This document shows positions 53,651 through 62,376 of a stretch of 64,000 nucleotides of DNA, piece by piece. Every line of letters begins with the position of its first letter. Position 1 is the first letter of the stretch. Source of the DNA: an uncultured Clostridia bacterium (GTDB lineage: Bacteria > Bacillota > Clostridia > Christensenellales > UBA1750). The notes beneath the pieces were generated by a model. The model was not told the origin of the DNA and made no database searches. It saw only the letters and a list, made by a program, of their open reading frames with translations. The DNA lies in assembly GCA_947625765.1 (NCBI GenBank), contig CANQPP010000009.1, positions 2,835 to 66,834 on the forward strand. The letters run 5' to 3'. The translations under genes and the position numbers were made by a program.

Positions 53651-54691
53651 TCAAACGCGGTTTTCGCGCTTGAGCCTCTCCCAGTCCTCGTTGCCCTGCA
53701 TGAACGCAAACGACTCGTCCTCGAGGGACCGGGCCAGCTCCGCCTTCAGGCCTTCCTTGAACGCGGGGTCGATGGTCTTGAGCTTCATGTGCCGATAGAG
53801 CCTGGAGCCCGCCATGTCGCCCAGCGTGTCCACGCTGTCCAAGATGTCCCGCATGATCTTCGCCGTCCATGGAACATCCTTCTCCCAGACCGCGACGTCC
53901 AGCCCCACGCACACCTCCTGGTACCTGCCCATCTCGAAGGCTGCGGCGAGCTGGGACGAGACGGAGACCAGCCTGCGGGCCAGCTCGCGGTCGCCGTCCT
54001 CCATGCAGAGTATGCGCAGGTCGTCGAGCGTCAGCTGCAGCTGCTGGTAGCCGCTGAAGAGCAGCTCCTCGCAGGCGCGGTAGGCCTCCGCCCGCTTGCC
54101 CGTTTTGCCGTTCACGAGCGCCTCCTTGCGCTTGCGCTCCGGGTTCTCCAGGGAGAAATACTTTAGGTACCGCGCCGCCTTCTCGTATTCCTCCCGCCGG
54201 ATGCAGGCGTGGAACAGCGGATCCGCCGCCTGCGTCCGCAGCCATTCATCCTGAGAGAGCAGGCACCTTTCGTACCAGCCGAGGATCATATCCTCGTATT
54301 CGTCCTTGTCGGGAAGGTCTGTCTCCATTCGCCTTACGTCCAGCAGCGCCGCCGCCTGTAAGATCAGGCTTTCGCAGCTGGGGTATTCCTCGATGGTCTC
54401 CTTGACGAAGGCAAACACCTCGCGGAAGTCCCGGCTCTCCAGCTCCTCTTGGAGCTTCCTTATGAAGCCTTCGATCTCCCCGTCCGTCAGCGTTTCCTCA
54501 AAGGATAAAAGCTCGTCCGTGCTGATCCCGAGCAGCCGCGCGATGGGCTTGAGCAGCGCCACGTCCGGCAGCGTGTTTCCCTTTTCCCACTTGTTGACGG
54601 CGGGCGCGGTCACGCCCAGGCGCGCGGCCATCTCCTCCTGTGTGAGGCCCTTCTTCTTTCTGTTTTGGCGGATCACTTCTCCCATGGTCAT
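53651..54691 (-). CDS. XRE-family HTH regulator with a long TPR-like helical C-terminal domain
   Basis: HTH LTQEEMAARLGVTAPAVNKWEKGNTLPD, then about 270 aa of helical-repeat-like sequence. AAGGAG lies 10 nt before the ATG at 54691. Confidence 0.8.
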   Translation of the reverse strand: MTMGEVIRQNRKKKGLTQEEMAARLGVTAPAVNKWEKGNTLPDVALLKPIARLLGISTDELLSFEETLTDGEIEGFIRKLQEELESRDFREVFAFVKETIEEYPSCESLILQAAALLDVRRMETDLPDKDEYEDMILGWYERCLLSQDEWLRTQAADPLFHACIRREEYEKAARYLKYFSLENPERKRKEALVNGKTGKRAEAYRACEELLFSGYQQLQLTLDDLRILCMEDGDRELARRLVSVSSQLAAAFEMGRYQEVCVGLDVAVWEKDVPWTAKIMRDILDSVDTLGDMAGSRLYRHMKLKTIDPAFKEGLKAELARSLEDESFAFMQGNEDWERLKRENRV

Positions 54692-54844
54692 GTGGAATTT
54701 GCTCCTTTGCGATTTTAAAGCGCTTCTGCTCCTATTGTAGCTGGTCGAAATTCAAAAGTCCATTGAACCTCTTTTAAGGAACGGGGATCTTTCTTTCCTG
54801 CCGTTCAACTTTTCAAAGCCGCTCGTCCCGTAAAACGCGCATAA

Positions 54845-54885
54845 AAGGACCCCGCCGACCGAACCATCTCGGCAAGCGGGGTTTA
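54845..54885 (-). terminator. terminator of trxA
   Basis: accccgc (54849-54855) pairs with gcggggt (54876-54882). The minus strand then continues CCTTTTAT. Confidence 0.65.
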
Positions 54886-54900
54886 TCGCCTATGTATTCT

Positions 54901-55221
54901 TTATTCCGCGATGAACTTCTCCAGCGCGGCCTTGGGCTGGGCGCCCACGGTCTGCTTGACCAGCTGCCCGTCCCTGAACAGCAGCAGCGCGGGGATGCTC
55001 ATCACGCCGTACTGGGCGGCCAGCTCTGGCAGGGCGTCCACGTCCACCTTGCACACGGTGAGCGCGCCGCCCTTCTCCGCGGCCAGCTGCTCCAGGATGG
55101 GCGCGACCATGCGGCAGGGACCGCACCAGGCGGCCCAGAAGTCCACCAAAACCAGGCCCGCCTTCGTCTTTTCACGGAAGTCCTCGGCGCTCGTCGCCTG
55201 GACCACGTATTCATTTGCCAT
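54901..55221 (-). CDS. trxA: thioredoxin
   Basis: LVDFWAAWCGPCRM active site. 106 aa. Confidence 0.95.
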   Translation of the reverse strand: MANEYVVQATSAEDFREKTKAGLVLVDFWAAWCGPCRMVAPILEQLAAEKGGALTVCKVDVDALPELAAQYGVMSIPALLLFRDGQLVKQTVGAQPKAALEKFIAE

Positions 55222-55669
55222 TTTGCGTCTCCTCCTTTTCCTTCATGCACAGCCGTTCCAGCTGCACCGCCTGGGGCGCGTAGCTTCCCCGGCGGCGGCG
55301 CTTAGGCTCCGTGCGCCGGATGAGCAGGTATGCGCCCGCGGCCAGCAGCAGCCCCAATGCCAGGGCGTACAGGTCGCTGTTGCCGGGCAGGCCCAGCCAG
55401 CCGGGCAGCGATTTGCCCACGAACAGCCCCAGCAGCAGCAGGACCAGCGGCAGCCCGTAGGCCAGCAGCGCGGCCTTGAGCAGCGCGCCTTCCGGCAGCT
55501 CCACCTGCACGCGGTCGCCCACGTCGGCGTCCTGCAATCGCTTCATCTCCATGCGCATCCGCTCCTGCGCCCGCTCGCAGGCGCCGCACTTCTCGCACAT
55601 GGGCGAGCGTTCAAATTCCACGGTCATGGTCTCGCCGTTCACGTCGGTGACCACGCCCTTTTCTTCCAT
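55211..55669 (-). CDS. RseC/MucC-family (SoxR-reducing-system-type) membrane protein
   Basis: An N-terminal beta domain with CEKCGAC cysteines, then two TM helices (LLAYGLPLVLLLLGLFVG and ALALGLLLAAGAYLLI). Overlaps the trxA start by 11 nt. Confidence 0.7.
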   Translation of the reverse strand: MEEKGVVTDVNGETMTVEFERSPMCEKCGACERAQERMRMEMKRLQDADVGDRVQVELPEGALLKAALLAYGLPLVLLLLGLFVGKSLPGWLGLPGNSDLYALALGLLLAAGAYLLIRRTEPKRRRRGSYAPQAVQLERLCMKEKEETQNGK

Positions 55670-55817
55670 CGCGTTTCCATCTCCTCGTTCAGCGGGGAGG
55701 CAAAACGTTTCGCCTTCCCGTCCCTTTTATTGAGTATACCCCTTCTTCCCCCTCTTAAAACACGGCTTTTCGTCTCTTAAAGCGGGTTTTTGCCTTTCTT
55801 CCTTAACGATTCTTCGC

Positions 55818-55846
55818 TTGACAAGCGTATTTCCCCGCCGTATCCT
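55818..55846 (+). promoter_or_regulatory. candidate promoter for hisS-aspS
   Basis: TTGACA (55818-55823), a 17-nt spacer, then TATCCT (55841-55846). The -10 element is weak. Confidence 0.4.
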
Positions 55847-55885
55847 TAAAAAAGCGAATGAGCACCTTCAGGGAGGGTATTTACG

Positions 55886-57151
55886 ATGATCCAAGCACCC
55901 AGAGGCACCAAGGACGTGCTGCCCCAGGAAAGCGCCGCCTGGCAGCGGATGGAAGCCGTCATGCGCGACGTCTGCCGCCTGGCCGGTTACAGGGAAGTGC
56001 GCACCCCCGTGATCGAGCACACCGAGCTGTTCCAGCGCGGCGTGGGCGACACCACGGACGTGGTGCAGAAGGAAATGTACACATTCGAGGATAAGGGCGG
56101 CCGCTCCATCACCTTAAAGCCCGAGGGCACCGCGGGCACGGCCCGCCTGTTCATCGAGCACGGGCTGTTCAACGAGCCCCTGCCGCTCAAGGCCTATTAT
56201 CTCTACTGCCCCGTGTTCCGCTACGAGGCGCCCCAGTCCGGCCGCCTGCGGGAGCACCACCAGTTCGGCGTGGAGGTGTTCGGGGCCAAGGAACCCACCA
56301 TCGACGTGGAGGTCATCCGCCTGGCCATGGACGTGATCGAGCGCCTGGGCGGGAAAAACCTGCGCCTGTTTATCAACTCCATCGGCTGCCCGACCTGCCG
56401 CGCCCGCTACACCGATGCCCTGCGCGACTTCCTGCGTCCCAAGCTGACAAAGCTCTGCCCCACCTGCCAGGGGCGCTTTGAGAAGAACCCCATGCGCATA
56501 CTGGACTGCAAGGACCCCGGCTGCAAGGCCGAGATCGTCGGCGCGCCGTCCATCCTGGAATACCTCTGCAACGACTGCGCCGCACACTTTGCGCGCGTAA
56601 AGGAACTGCTTACCGTCGCGGGCGTCCCCTACGAGGTGGATCCCGGCATCGTCCGCGGCCTTGACTACTACACCAAGACCGTGTTCGAGATCATGTACCC
56701 GCTGGAGAACGGCCAGCTGTTCACCGCCTGCGGCGGCGGCCGCTACGACGGCCTGGTGGAGAGCGTGGGCGGCCCCTCCGTGCCCGGCATCGGCTTCGGC
56801 ATGGGCATGGAACGGCTGCTGATGGCCCTGTCCTCCTCCGGCGCGGCGGAAACGGAAAGCTCCCCCTTGCGTGTGTACGTGGCTTCCATGGGCCAGGCGG
56901 CCCTGGACGAGGCATTCCGCCTGACCCGCCTGATGCGCTTAAGCGGCATTCCCTGCGACATGGACCACGCCGGACGCAGCCTCAAGGCCCAGTTCAAGTA
57001 CGCCGGAAAGCTGGGGCCCGAATACGTGGTGGTGATCGGCGAGGACGAGCTGAAGGAAAACAAGTACCGCCTGCGCGACATGCGCAGCCGCGAGGAGACG
57101 CTGCTCTCCCAGGAGGAGCTCCTCTGCCGCCTCTCCGGCGCGGAAAAATAA
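55886..57151 (+). CDS. hisS: histidine--tRNA ligase
   Basis: RGTKDVLP, LRPEGTAG-type (here LKPEGTAGTAR) and FRYE.PQ.GR.REHHQ motifs, plus GGGRYD. 421 aa. Confidence 0.95.
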   Translation: MIQAPRGTKDVLPQESAAWQRMEAVMRDVCRLAGYREVRTPVIEHTELFQRGVGDTTDVVQKEMYTFEDKGGRSITLKPEGTAGTARLFIEHGLFNEPLPLKAYYLYCPVFRYEAPQSGRLREHHQFGVEVFGAKEPTIDVEVIRLAMDVIERLGGKNLRLFINSIGCPTCRARYTDALRDFLRPKLTKLCPTCQGRFEKNPMRILDCKDPGCKAEIVGAPSILEYLCNDCAAHFARVKELLTVAGVPYEVDPGIVRGLDYYTKTVFEIMYPLENGQLFTACGGGRYDGLVESVGGPSVPGIGFGMGMERLLMALSSSGAAETESSPLRVYVASMGQAALDEAFRLTRLMRLSGIPCDMDHAGRSLKAQFKYAGKLGPEYVVVIGEDELKENKYRLRDMRSREETLLSQEELLCRLSGAEK

Positions 57152-57206
57152 ACGCCCCTTTGCAAGGCTGATAGACAAGTTTTTATGGAAAGAGGTTCGA
57201 TCGATC

Positions 57207-58997
57207 ATGGCGATCAAGGGCTTTGGCCGCACGGATTACTGCGGCGAGCTGACGCGCGCCGATACCGGGCGCGTGGTTTCCCTCTGCGGCTGGGTGCAGC
57301 GCACCCGCGACCTGGGCGGCCTCATCTTCGTGTGGCTGCGGGACAAGACCGGCCTTGTGCAGCTGGTGTTCGACGCCAACGTCTGCGGCGCGGACGCCTT
57401 TGCCGTGGGCGGCGGCCTGCGCAGCGAGTACGTGGTCTGCGTGGAGGGGGAAGTGCGCCAGCGCGCGCCGGAGGCTGTGAATAAAAAGCTCGCCACCGGC
57501 GAGATCGAGGTGTTCGTGCAGGACTGCCTGCTGCTCAACCAGGCGGCCACCCCGCCCATCTACATCGACGACGACCACCCCGACGAGAGCGAGACGGTGC
57601 GTTTAAAGTACCGCTACCTGGAGCTGCGCAAGCCCTCGGTGCAGAGGATGCTCTCCACCCGCAGCCTGGTGATGCAGACACTGCGCTCCTACATGTTCAC
57701 CCAGCGCTTTACCGAGGTGGAAACGCCCATTTTGACCAAGTCCACGCCGGAGGGGGCGCGCGACTACCTGGTGCCCTCCCGCGTGCATCCGGGCCAGTTC
57801 TACGCCCTGCCCCAGAGCCCGCAGATCTACAAGCAGCTGCTGATGCTGGGCGGCACGGACCGCTACTTTCAGCTGGCCCGCTGCTTCCGCGACGAGGACT
57901 CCCGCGCCGATCGGCAGCCCGAGTTCACCCAGTGCGACCTGGAGATGAGCTTCGCCCGCGAGCAGGACATACAGACCGTGGTGGAGGGGGCCTTCCGCGA
58001 GGTGTTCCGCACCGTCAAGGGCATCGAGGTGTCCCTGCCCCTTGAGCGCGTCACCTGGCGCGAAGCCATGGAAAGATACGGCTCCGACAAGCCAGACCGC
58101 CGCTTCGGCATGGAGCTGCAAAACGTGACCGACTGGGCAAAGGACTGCGGCTTCTCCGTGTTCGAGGGCGCTGCGGCCTCCGGCGGCAGCGTGCGCGGCA
58201 TCCGCGTTCAAGGCCATCTCTTCCCCCGCAAGGAGCTGGACGCCCTGGGCGAGTTCGTCAAGACCTTCCGCGCCAGGGGCCTTGCCTGGATGTCGCTGAG
58301 CGAGCAGGGAGTAAAGTCCCCGTTCTTAAAATTCTTAAGCGAGGAAAAGCTGGCCGGGCTGCTCTCCCGCATGCAGGCGGAAAACGGAGACACGCTGTTC
58401 TTCGTGGCGGATAAGGACGCTGTCGTGTTCCAGGCCCTGGGCCAGCTGCGCCTGGAGATCGCCCGCAGGCTGGACCTCATCGACCAGAGCCGCTACGACC
58501 TGTTCTGGGTGACCGAGTTCCCCCTGCTGGAGTGGGACGAGGACGAGGGCCGCTTCGTGGCCATGCACCATCCCTTCACTTCCCCCATGGACGAGGACAT
58601 CCCCTTGATGGAGAGCGACCCGGGCAAGGTGCGCGCCAAGGCCTACGATCTGGTACTAAACGGCGTGGAGATGGGCTCTGGCTCCATCCGCATCCACGAC
58701 CCCAACGTGCAGGAGAAGATGTTCAACCGCATCGGCTTCACCCACGAGGAGGCCTGGGCCCGCTTCGGCTTCCTGCTGGAGGCCTTCAAGTACGGCGTCC
58801 CGCCCCACGGCGGCTTCGCCTTCGGCGTGGACAGGCTGATGATGATCCTCACCGGGGCCCAGTCCCTGCGCGACGTGCTCGCCTTCCCCAAGGCCAGCAA
58901 CGGCAGCTGCCTGATGATGGAGACGCCCTCCCAGGTGCAGAAGGACCAGCTGGACCTGCTGGGCATCCAGGTGAAGGAAAGCGCGCCGGAGCAATAA
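57207..58997 (+). CDS. aspS: aspartate--tRNA ligase
   Basis: FVWLRDKTGLVQLV (OB fold) with the class II motifs FRDEDSRADRQPEFTQ and GGFAFGVDRLMM. 596 aa. Confidence 0.96.
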   Translation: MAIKGFGRTDYCGELTRADTGRVVSLCGWVQRTRDLGGLIFVWLRDKTGLVQLVFDANVCGADAFAVGGGLRSEYVVCVEGEVRQRAPEAVNKKLATGEIEVFVQDCLLLNQAATPPIYIDDDHPDESETVRLKYRYLELRKPSVQRMLSTRSLVMQTLRSYMFTQRFTEVETPILTKSTPEGARDYLVPSRVHPGQFYALPQSPQIYKQLLMLGGTDRYFQLARCFRDEDSRADRQPEFTQCDLEMSFAREQDIQTVVEGAFREVFRTVKGIEVSLPLERVTWREAMERYGSDKPDRRFGMELQNVTDWAKDCGFSVFEGAAASGGSVRGIRVQGHLFPRKELDALGEFVKTFRARGLAWMSLSEQGVKSPFLKFLSEEKLAGLLSRMQAENGDTLFFVADKDAVVFQALGQLRLEIARRLDLIDQSRYDLFWVTEFPLLEWDEDEGRFVAMHHPFTSPMDEDIPLMESDPGKVRAKAYDLVLNGVEMGSGSIRIHDPNVQEKMFNRIGFTHEEAWARFGFLLEAFKYGVPPHGGFAFGVDRLMMILTGAQSLRDVLAFPKASNGSCLMMETPSQVQKDQLDLLGIQVKESAPEQ

Positions 58998-59014
58998 GCC
59001 CATATAAAACACAC

Positions 59015-59052
59015 GCGGAGCCGACTTCCCCATGGAGCGGCTCCGCTTTTTC
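59015..59052 (+). terminator. rho-independent terminator of aspS
   Basis: gcggagccg (59015-59023) pairs with cggctccgc (59038-59046), then TTTTT. Confidence 0.85.
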
Positions 59053-59338
59053 GTCCCCAGTTGTTTTCTTCATGACACTTTTTGGGAAGAAAGCCCCGCC
59101 GCGCCGTGGTTTTGAGTTCTCCAAGCGTCCAAACACCGCCGCGAGCATTTCCATAAAAACGCTTCTCTTTCCGGAAAAGCGGCCAAACGCGCTTTATGCG
59201 GTTCTTCAATGCGTGTGAACGTCGCCCATTTTCGTCCCCCCTTCCCTGTTTGAATCGCCCCGTTTTGTGGTATTTTATGGAGCGGGACAAGTCTTTGCCC
59301 CGCAGCAATCATTCCACTTCTCAAGGAGGTCTGACCCC

Positions 59339-59875
59339 ATGCAGAAAAAGACGCTGCGTTTCCTGACTTACACCGCCGTGATGCTGGCCTTCACGCTTTT
59401 GTTCCAGTCGGCGCGCTACCTGTTCCCCACGCCCAACGCCACCTACGTGACCTACATCATCGGCACCCTGGTCAACCTGTGCCTGGTCGTGGCCGCGGCC
59501 TGCGCCAACGTCTGGGCCGGCGTGGTCCTCTCCGTGATCGCGCCCATCGTCGCCCTGTTCCAGGGCCATGCCCAGCTGCCCATGGTCGTGCCCATCGCCG
59601 TGGGCAACATCGCCATCGCCGTGGGCGCCTACTTCGGCTTTAAGGGCGGAAAGAAGAACCTGTGGATCGCCTTCGTCTCCGCCGCCGCCAAGTACGTGCT
59701 CATCGCCTTCGGCATGGTGTTCTTCGCGCTCATGGGCGTGCAGCAGCTGCCCTTCGCGGCCGCCGTGCCCGTGGCCTTCACCCAGCAGGTCGTGCAGCTG
59801 GTGACCGGCCTTCTCTCCATCGTGATCGCCGTTCCCGTGGTCGCGGGCGTCCGCAGAGCCGTAAAGCCGCTGTAA
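59339..59875 (+). CDS. small polytopic membrane protein, ECF-transporter S-component-like
   Basis: 178 aa with 5-6 hydrophobic helices. AAGGAGG lies upstream of the ATG at 59339. The substrate family is not recognisable by eye. Confidence 0.6.
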   Translation: MQKKTLRFLTYTAVMLAFTLLFQSARYLFPTPNATYVTYIIGTLVNLCLVVAAACANVWAGVVLSVIAPIVALFQGHAQLPMVVPIAVGNIAIAVGAYFGFKGGKKNLWIAFVSAAAKYVLIAFGMVFFALMGVQQLPFAAAVPVAFTQQVVQLVTGLLSIVIAVPVVAGVRRAVKPL

Positions 59876-59892
59876 CGCATTTTCTTAACGCA

Positions 59893-59940
59893 TAAAAAGC
59901 CGCCCGCCCCGCCTTCACAGGCAGTGCGGGCGGCTTCTTC
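59893..59940. terminator. bidirectional terminator
   Basis: agccgcccgc (59898-59907) pairs with gcgggcggct (59926-59935), flanked by AAAAA 5' and TCTTCTT 3'. It lies between convergent genes. Confidence 0.8.
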
Positions 59941-59948
59941 TTCCCCCT

Positions 59949-61064
59949 TTAAATCCCCGCTTCCCGGGTGATGTCCTTAAGGGCCTCCAGCAGGGCCCAG
60001 ACGTCCCCGGCGGTGTTGAAGGGGCCGAAGCTCACCCGCACCGCACCCTGCTCCGTGGTGCCCAGCGCCCGGTGGGCCAGAGGCGCGCAGTGCAGCCCCG
60101 CGCGCACGCAGATGTCCCGCTGGGCCAGGCCGTCCGCCACCAGACCGGAGGGAAGTTCCCCCAAATTCAGGCTCACCGTCCCCACGCGCTCGAGGGCCGT
60201 CTGCGGGCCGAGCACCCGCGCCTGCGGCAGCTGCGACAGCCCCTCCAGCAGCAGGCGGGTCAGCAGCTGCTCGTGGGCCTGTATGGCCGCGCGACGCTTG
60301 AGAACGTAGTCAACGCCCGCGCTCAGACCCGCCAGCCCCGGCGCGTTGAGCGTGCCGGACTCCATCCCCTCCGGCCGCTCCTCCGGCTGCAGGGGCGAGA
60401 GGGAAGCCGTGCCCGTGCCGCCCTGCCGGTAGACCGTGAGCTTCAGCCCCTTGCGCGCGTACAGCGCGCCCGTGCCCATGGGCCCCAGCAGCCCCTTGTG
60501 CCCCGGCATGGCGACCATGTCCACGCCCCAGCGCTCCGGGTACAGGGGCAGGACCCCGGCGGTCTGTGCGGCGTCCACCAGCAGCAGGATGCCCCGCTGC
60601 CTGCACAGGGCCGCCAGCGCCTCCACGGGCTGCACGGCGCCCGTCACGTTGGAGGCGTGGCTGACCACCGCCAGGCGGGTATTTCCCGTGATCGCCTGCT
60701 CAAGGTCCTCTCCTATTTTTAGCGTAATGAGCCCCCGGCGCTGCATCTCGTGCAGGGGCCGCAGGACCGAGTTGTGCTCCCAGACGGTGCAGGCCACCTC
60801 CCAGCCCGGCTCCACCACGCCGTAGAGCGCGGCGTTGAGCATGTCCGTGCAGTTGAAGCCGAAGAAGATGTCCGCTTCGTCCTCCACCTGCAGAAGCGCC
60901 GCCAGCCCCCGCCGCGCCCTGTCCACCAGGCGGCCCGCGCAAAGGGCCGGCCTGTGCCCGCCGCGGCCGGGGTTCGCCCCGGCGTAGAGCATCGTCTCCT
61001 GTACCTTCTCGATCACGGCCGCGGGCTTGGGAAAGCTGGTGGCCGCGTTGTCCAGATAGATCAT
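59949..61064 (-). CDS. class V aminotransferase-fold cysteine desulfurase-like enzyme
   Basis: MIYLDNAATSFPKP... with VVSHASNVTG and AMPGHKGLLGP (PLP-lysine region). 371 aa from the ATG at 61064. The rest of listed ORF ..61511 is an artefact. Confidence 0.85.
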   Translation of the reverse strand: MIYLDNAATSFPKPAAVIEKVQETMLYAGANPGRGGHRPALCAGRLVDRARRGLAALLQVEDEADIFFGFNCTDMLNAALYGVVEPGWEVACTVWEHNSVLRPLHEMQRRGLITLKIGEDLEQAITGNTRLAVVSHASNVTGAVQPVEALAALCRQRGILLLVDAAQTAGVLPLYPERWGVDMVAMPGHKGLLGPMGTGALYARKGLKLTVYRQGGTGTASLSPLQPEERPEGMESGTLNAPGLAGLSAGVDYVLKRRAAIQAHEQLLTRLLLEGLSQLPQARVLGPQTALERVGTVSLNLGELPSGLVADGLAQRDICVRAGLHCAPLAHRALGTTEQGAVRVSFGPFNTAGDVWALLEALKDITREAGI

Positions 61065-61214
61065 TCTTCTTTTCCCTCTCCCTCCGGCGGATGCAGGATG
61101 CGCGCACCCAAAGGAGCCGCCGTCCATAGGATAGTGTATGGCCCTTTTGTCCGCCGGCAGAACCTGGAAGGGGGAAAGGCGGAACTTTTGGCCCGCAGGA
61201 GGCGTTTGATCTTC

Positions 61215-61496
61215 ATGGAATCCCAGGAACCCTTTGCGATCGCTTCGTTCCGTTCCCGCCAGGCGGTATTCCGTCTGGAGGCCCTGCTCCGCCAAAAAGG
61301 CGTCGAGTCCCGCGTCATCTCCACGCCCAGGGCGGTGTCCTTGGGCTGCGGGCTCTCCCTGCGCTTTGACCTGTCCCGCTTTCCCGCGGTCCTGTCCGTT
61401 TACCGCGCCGGGAACGTGCCCAACCTCATCGGCTTTTACCGGGTGGAGCCGGGGCAGGCGGGCCTGCGCGTCTCTCCCCTGGAAACGGGGCTGTAA
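61215..61496 (+). CDS. DUF3343 (putative Se/S carrier-like) protein
   Basis: FAIASFRSRQAVFRLEALLRQKGVESRVISTPRAVSLGCGLSLRF matches the DUF3343 pattern as I recall it. 93 aa. AGGAGG lies 12 nt upstream. Confidence 0.65.
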   Translation: MESQEPFAIASFRSRQAVFRLEALLRQKGVESRVISTPRAVSLGCGLSLRFDLSRFPAVLSVYRAGNVPNLIGFYRVEPGQAGLRVSPLETGL

Positions 61497-61626
61497 GGCG
61501 GACAGGCACATTTAAGGGCGGGGAGGAAGGCGGGGCTTGCGTTTTTGGCCGCTTTGCGGTATCTTTAAAAAGGCGGGATGGGCCGCTGATCCCAGCGCGG
61601 CCCCGCCCGTTTCCTTGAGCATCCAT

Positions 61627-61650
61627 CTGCGGGAAGCCCGCTTCTTTTTG
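61627..61650 (+). terminator. small terminator hairpin
   Basis: gcggg, loop aag, cccgc (61629-61641), then TTCTTTTT. Confidence 0.45.
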
Positions 61651-61710
61651 CCTTCGCTTCCCCTAAAATATACGCCTGGTTTTCACGGTGAACAAGGAGG
61701 TCCCCCGCCC

Positions 61711-62376
61711 ATGACAGCCAACGAGCATATTTTGCAGGAGCTTGCGCGCCTGTACCCGAACGCGGTGCCGGAGCTGCACTTCACCAACCCCTTCGAGACG
61801 CTGATCGCCACCATCCTCTCCGCCCAGTGCACGGACAAGCAGGTCAACAAGGTCACGGAGAAGCTCTTCGCCCGCTTCCGCTGCCCGGCGGACCTGGCGG
61901 CCCTGACGCCCGAGGAGCTGGAGCCCTGGATCCGGGGCTGCGGCGTCTACCGCAACAAGGCGAAGAACATCGTCAGCTGCTGCCGCATCCTGTGCGAAAA
62001 GTACGGCGGCGAGGTGCCCGCCGATTGGGACGCCCTGCAGACGCTGCCCGGCGTGGGCCGCAAGACCGCCAACGTGGTCTACGCCAACGCCTTCGGCGGG
62101 GACTGCATCGCCGTGGACACCCACGTGTTCCGCGTCTCCAACCGTCTGGGGCTGGCCAACGCCAAGGACGTTCTGAAGACCGAGCTGCAGCTGCAGGAGG
62201 CCATCCCCAAGAGCGACTGGTCCAAGGCCCACCACTGGATCATCTACCACGGCCGCAGGGTCTGCCACGCCCGCAACCCAAAATGTGCCGAGTGCACGCT
62301 TCACCCCTGGTGCGCCCACCCGCAGGACAGGGATACGGACACGCCAAAAAAGCCGGAGGTGACGGTCGATGCCTAA
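61711..62376 (+). CDS. nth: endonuclease III
   Basis: HhH-GPD motif LPGVGRKTANVV and the [4Fe-4S] cluster loop C.ARNPKCAEC....WC. 221 aa. AAGGAGG lies upstream. Confidence 0.95.
   Translation: MTANEHILQELARLYPNAVPELHFTNPFETLIATILSAQCTDKQVNKVTEKLFARFRCPADLAALTPEELEPWIRGCGVYRNKAKNIVSCCRILCEKYGGEVPADWDALQTLPGVGRKTANVVYANAFGGDCIAVDTHVFRVSNRLGLANAKDVLKTELQLQEAIPKSDWSKAHHWIIYHGRRVCHARNPKCAECTLHPWCAHPQDRDTDTPKKPEVTVDA

Noticed and set aside
55670-55885. T-box leader upstream of hisS-aspS. I also checked upstream of glnS-gltX (4916-5071) and the his operon leader (44456-44549).
   Set aside because: No AGAGA/GA motif, specifier-loop context or conserved T-box sequence (..GGTGGTACCGCG..) is present. 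The leaders are about 40-150 nt, too short for T-box riboswitches.
59071-59217. A 48-codon basic ORF (MTLFGKKAPPRRGFEF...) in the aspS-downstream spacer.
   Set aside because: It has no SD, begins right after a terminator, has a junk-like composition, and continues a frame already open by chance.
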